Assembly (NCBI RefSeq): GCF_006345805.1
Contig: NC_043023.1
Location: 6,262,001-6,326,000, forward strand
Direction: 5' to 3'
Length of the DNA stretch: 64,000 nucleotides
DNA from: Octopus sinensis
Lineage: Eukaryota
The notes under the pieces were generated by a model. It did not search any database. It had not been told where the DNA came from and saw nothing but the letters and a program-made list of their open reading frames with translations. The position numbers were made by a program, and so were the translations under genes. Shown here piece after piece: positions 59,584 to 64,000 of the stretch. Each line of letters starts with the position of its first letter. The first letter of the stretch is position 1.

Positions 59584-62500
59584 TTCTTTATTATGATTAT
59601 ATAATCTTACACATAGAATTACAATTACAAAACAAACATGCAAAACAAATAATTAAGAGGTTCGCTTTTTAAAAATTTTTTTATAACATTTATATTAAAA
59701 ATTCGTCTCTAAATTGTCCTTTGTATAACCAGTCGCATCTTATCACAGTTCAAACCCCGGCAATTTACAAGCCCCGCAGCTTTTATTTCCTCTCCTCCCT
59801 CCATAGTTAAGCTGGGTTTCTAACACCCACCTTTCTTTCCACTTCCTTCCATCTTTTCTCATACACACCCCGTGGTAAGCTCCTCTTCTCCAGCCCCATT
59901 TTGCTCTTCAGATGATATCTGAAGTAAGTGAGCAAGCCGGGGCCGGAGACAAAGGTTCCTATCGCGACTCCTTCCATTCTTGTTCTCCACATGCATTCTT
60001 TTACTACTGCAACCGTGCAGTGAAAACATGCCTCACCTTCCTTCGAGAGTCCAGTTGGCGGTATCATCTTAATCATAGACTCAGCCGACAGCTGTACTCG
60101 TCCTAGATGCGATAACACGTGTTCTGCGTAACTTATCAAGTCTGACAACTTCCGACAGTGTACAAAGGCGTGCTGGACAGTTTCATCGTCCAACTCGCAC
60201 CTTGGACACGTCGGTGGCACTGGAATTCCGTGCCGCGACAACTTCTCGCGAACAGGTAGAGCGTTCCTATAACACTGCCAGGCCAGGGATCTTTGGAAAT
60301 TATCCAAGTACCCCGTCCTGAAAGTCTTTTTAAACAGGTTGGTAAGCTGGTCTTCGTCAAACCCCAGAGCCCCTCCTAGGACGTCGTCGTTTTTTGCCTC
60401 TACCAGCCTTCTATAAAATACCGAGGTGGTATTTCCGCAGCCGGCCTTGCCGCCTTGTGGATCAGCGTGAGTGCCTGTCGGCACTCCCTTTGCCATAAAG
60501 TCAGTTTCCATCTTTTGATGCGACCGGGTTTAAAATCCGTTAAGGAGGCCAGTCTCGGGAAAAATTTCCCTGCCAGCGGACTCCACACCTTATCACCCTC
60601 CAGGTGGTGCCAGAGATGCTTCAGCCTCAACGCATGTCTGCGCATCATCAGCCAAGGCATTCCTAACCCACCCTTTAACGGTTCCTGGCAGCAAACGGAG
60701 CGCCTCACAAGTGGCTTTCCTCCCTTCCACAAAAAGCGGAAAAGGATTCGCTCCAACTTGTTAAGCCATGAACCGGGGCAAGGGACAACGGTCAGGCGGT
60801 AAGTGATTACAGATGCAATGAACATCTGCACCACCTCCGCCCTTCCTTTCAAGGACAGAGATCTTCCGGACCAAGTCCGTACTATGGCCTCCACCTTGCT
60901 CGTCACCTCACTCCAGTTCTTCTCCGTTTGGGAGTCTGGCCCAAACCAGACTCCTAGCAACTTAACAGGGCCATCCGTCCAGTGTCCCACGACGCTGGAC
61001 GATATCGACTTGCTCCTCCAGGTGCCGAGGCGCAAGCCACCGACTTGTCCTTGTTAACCTTTGCTCCTGCCACCGCCTCGTATCCTCTGATAGCCTCTTC
61101 CACACAAGGTAGCGGGCCTCATTGGACACGATGAGGGTGACGTCATCCGCGTAAGCAGTAACCGACCTCCCACCTCCGATCTCATCCGAGTTGCTTCCCA
61201 GCCTCTCCAACTTTCGCAGCAATGGCTCAAGAGCCAACACGTACAAAAGTGGTGACAAGGGGCACCCTTGACGAACTGAACATTCAATCGAAAACGGTTC
61301 CGTTAGGTAACCGTTTATCTGGACGGTGGACTTGATACCGCTATACATAGCGGAGATCCACCCGCGAAATTCAGGGCCCAGTCCAGCCGCTTCGAGGACC
61401 ATCGCCAGGTACTCATGGTCTACCCTATCGAAGGCTTTACTTTGGTCTAAATGGACCATTACCCCTCCCTTGCCGGTTAATTTACCCACCCTGTCTAAGG
61501 TGTAGCGTATAAGGTGAAGATTGTCCTGGATCGACCTGCCTGGAATTGCACATGTCTGTGCTCTCCCTACAAGTTTCTCCACGACAACCGTCAACCTTTT
61601 TGCCAACACCTTGGCCAAAATCTTTAACTCTACATTAAGTAGAGTTATGGGCCTGTAGTTACTAATGTTATCCCCCTTGCTCGGGTCTTTCTGGATTAGC
61701 GTCACCACCCCGGCTTACAGAGCTGGGAATTCTCCCATTCTGCTGCCAGTTCGTGTAGACGCCTGCCAATATCCCCCGAACAAGTCCGGCATACTTTGGT
61801 AAAACTCGTAGGGCAGACCATCCAACCCCGGCCGCATCCGGCCAGTATCCCTCTATCTCCGCGGGAGTGATCGCTCCTTCACAGCACTCCGCCTCACGCC
61901 CCGAGAGCCGCGGTCCGCCGGCCAGGAAGTCCTTTAAGGTCCTTCCCCGCTCCGGCGCCACACCACCCCTGAACACGCGGGCGAAATGCTGGTGAAGAAA
62001 CTTTTGCATCTCCTCCTGTCCATAGATCTTTTGTCCCTGTTCGTCAGTTAAAGCTGGCCATAGACACACTTTCTTGTGTCCCTGTTCGTCAGTCAAAGAT
62101 TTGATTGAGGCTTTGTTGCCTCTCTGACTCTCCACACGACGGGCCCATCCGGCCACGTTAATACCTTCTCGTTTCCCAGCGCGTAGCTTAGCTCTGACTC
62201 TGCAACCTTCGTGTTTGGAGTTAAGGTGACGGTACAATACCGTCCTTGCCGCCAACACTCCGGATGCAGAGCCAGCTTCCATTGCCTCGTCTAGATTCTT
62301 AACTAAATCGCCCTCTAGACTAGCCCTATCTATACTTAGCTGATTGCTAAATCTAACGGACTCTGAACGAATGGCTCTTTTGAGGGAGTGCCACCATCTA
62401 TTGTTAATGATGGTGCCACACAATGCCCTCTGTACTAATACCTTAATCCGGGTACGGAAGTCTTCACAATTCAAAATAGCCTTGTTCAGCTTCCAGTACC

Positions 62501-64000
62501 CGGGTCCTTGTCTATGACACTTGTCCAACTGCATCTCACACGTCACAAATTTGTGATCTGAGTAAGGCACAATGTGGAACTGTGGACAACTAAACGTATC
62601 CTTATCTCTTTTCTTAATAAATATCCTATCTAGATACGATCTGCGTGAGCCGTCGCTGTTACTCCACGTCCACTGTGGAACGCTCGGCTCATCCAGTCGG
62701 TAACGGTCTACTAGATCAAAGCTCTCTAGTAGACCCTTGAGGCTAGGGTTCCCTTTCCTATTGGTTGAGCCAACACTGTCGACCCGCGCTTCAAGGACAG
62801 TGTTAAAGTCCCCTACTAGGATTACCGTTTTCGACGTCGCTAAAAAGGGCTCCAGGTTCCGAAAAAAACCCGCCTGTCTACTCTCGTTCGGAGCGTAGAC
62901 AGCTACCAACCTGAAGGACTGTTTACTTACGTGTGTCACATCCAGAACAACCAGCCTGCCTTCTGGGTCCAGAAAGACAGTACTTACCTGTAAGTCCAAG
63001 CTCTTCCTGATAAGGACTGCCACGCCTCTGCCTCTTCCTCGGCTAGGAGAAATAAATTTCTCGAAGCCATTTAGAAGAGGCGAGAACGCTTGGGCCCCGT
63101 TCATCTTGGACTCGGTTGCAATAGCTATATCAACACCATGTGTCGTGAGGTCGTGCAGGAAGCAAATTTGCTTCCATTTCAACCCCATTCCACGTACATT
63201 TATACAACCCAACTTAGCCATTGTAGGTGAGAGAGAAAATAAATGTACTCACGGTTGGGAAAGGGAGCATGACAGTTTAAATCTGCCTGCTTCCCCTTCT
63301 TCCTCCCTTGTAGTCGCTGCTGCAGGGCTCTTGACCGGCGTTGCCACCGGGCTCTGGGTGGGTGTGGTTGCCGGGGTTATTACAAGTTTGCCCTCCATTA
63401 CTTCTTTAGTCACGTCTCTGATCAGTCGGTTCTTTAGATGCTCTCGAAGAACTTCTTCCTTCCACTCGTCTTCCTTTATTTTCGTGAAGCGAGTGGTTGC
63501 TTTTATATCTGTAGCCTTACTATATAACATAAATTTTGAAAATTTATAATATTTATAAACTCTTTCATTTTTCTCATCGAAAGCAATGATCTTCTCATTT
63601 TTTTTTAACGACTTTTTTACGTCTTGTTTTATGGGGAGGGGCTTGGCAAACTGTTTCCCAATGAAAACAGTGCCATGGGGGTAGGGCTGGGGGATTTGCT
63701 TGGTGTGTGTGTCTGCTGTGCTTGCTGTTTTTTTCTTTGTTTGGGGAGGGGAGTCCGGGGTGTTGTCTTTTTTTCTTTTATGTGTGACTTGAGTGTAGTC
63801 CATTTGTTCGGTACAGTCCGTTTTTGTTTCAATACTTGTCTTCGTCTTGTTATTATCCTTTTCTGTCTTCTCCCCTTCAGTGTTGGGAACACTTTGAGGA
63901 GGCGCTTCATCTGTTTTCTTCTTTTTTATGCAGTTCGATCGGACGTGACCCTTCTCTCCACACTTAAAACATCTGGGTCTACGTCCCTCTACTGATACTC
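59584..64000 (-). mobile_element. L1/Tx1-clade LINE, copy 2 (runs off window), inserted in the Gypsy gag
   Basis: ORF2 fragments at 59807-63221 and ORF1 3' part at 63249-64000 are closely similar to copy 1. The 3' UTR aligns to copy 1 down to ttctttatt at ~59584. Confidence 0.9.

Noticed and set aside
51413-63221. Frameshifts in Tx1 ORFs as programmed frameshifting
   Set aside because: Breaks are at different positions in the two copies and are mostly 1-bp indels in homopolymers, consistent with decay or long-read error.

Overview
AT-rich, repeat-dense eukaryotic genomic DNA. The SINE, RTE and microsatellite landscape and the gene sequences suggest an octopus or other coleoid cephalopod (inference; no database search run). 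Two spliced protein-coding genes lie head-to-head, with exons reconstructed by hand from GT-AG boundaries and frame continuity. BET1L/GS15 (Golgi Qc-SNARE) is on the minus strand: 4 exons, 25574 to 7997, 113 aa. NAPE-PLD (metallo-beta-lactamase fold) is on the plus strand: 5 coding exons, 36134 to 48424, 341 aa if the visible Met is the start. The rest is mostly transposon-derived: tRNA-derived SINEs, RTE LINE 3' ends, Helitrons, an RLE-type non-LTR fragment, a Penelope-like remnant, and MITEs with Merlin-, hAT- and piggyBac-type TSDs. From about 50.9 kb to the end is a nested cluster of two Tx1/L1-clade LINEs, a Merlin/IS1595-like transposase relic and a Gypsy pol fragment. Highlights: (1) two tandem minimal hammerhead ribozyme motifs, 285 nt apart, on the BET1L sense strand about 140 nt upstream of exon 3, in the arrangement needed for a double hammerhead; (2) four GG...CC MITEs with 8-bp TSDs, one 92 bp upstream of the BET1L ATG, plus a Merlin transposase relic in the same window; (3) two Tx1 insertions into unrelated hosts that share an ATCRC-N(4-6)-GTGGTT junction motif; (4) a 12-copy 140-bp array built from an RTE 3' end, with a 5-unit higher-order repeat. 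No rRNA, genuine tRNA genes or CRISPR arrays were found. Most long ORFs in the supplied track are repeat artefacts. Repeat boundaries are approximate; exon and TSD coordinates were indexed by hand.
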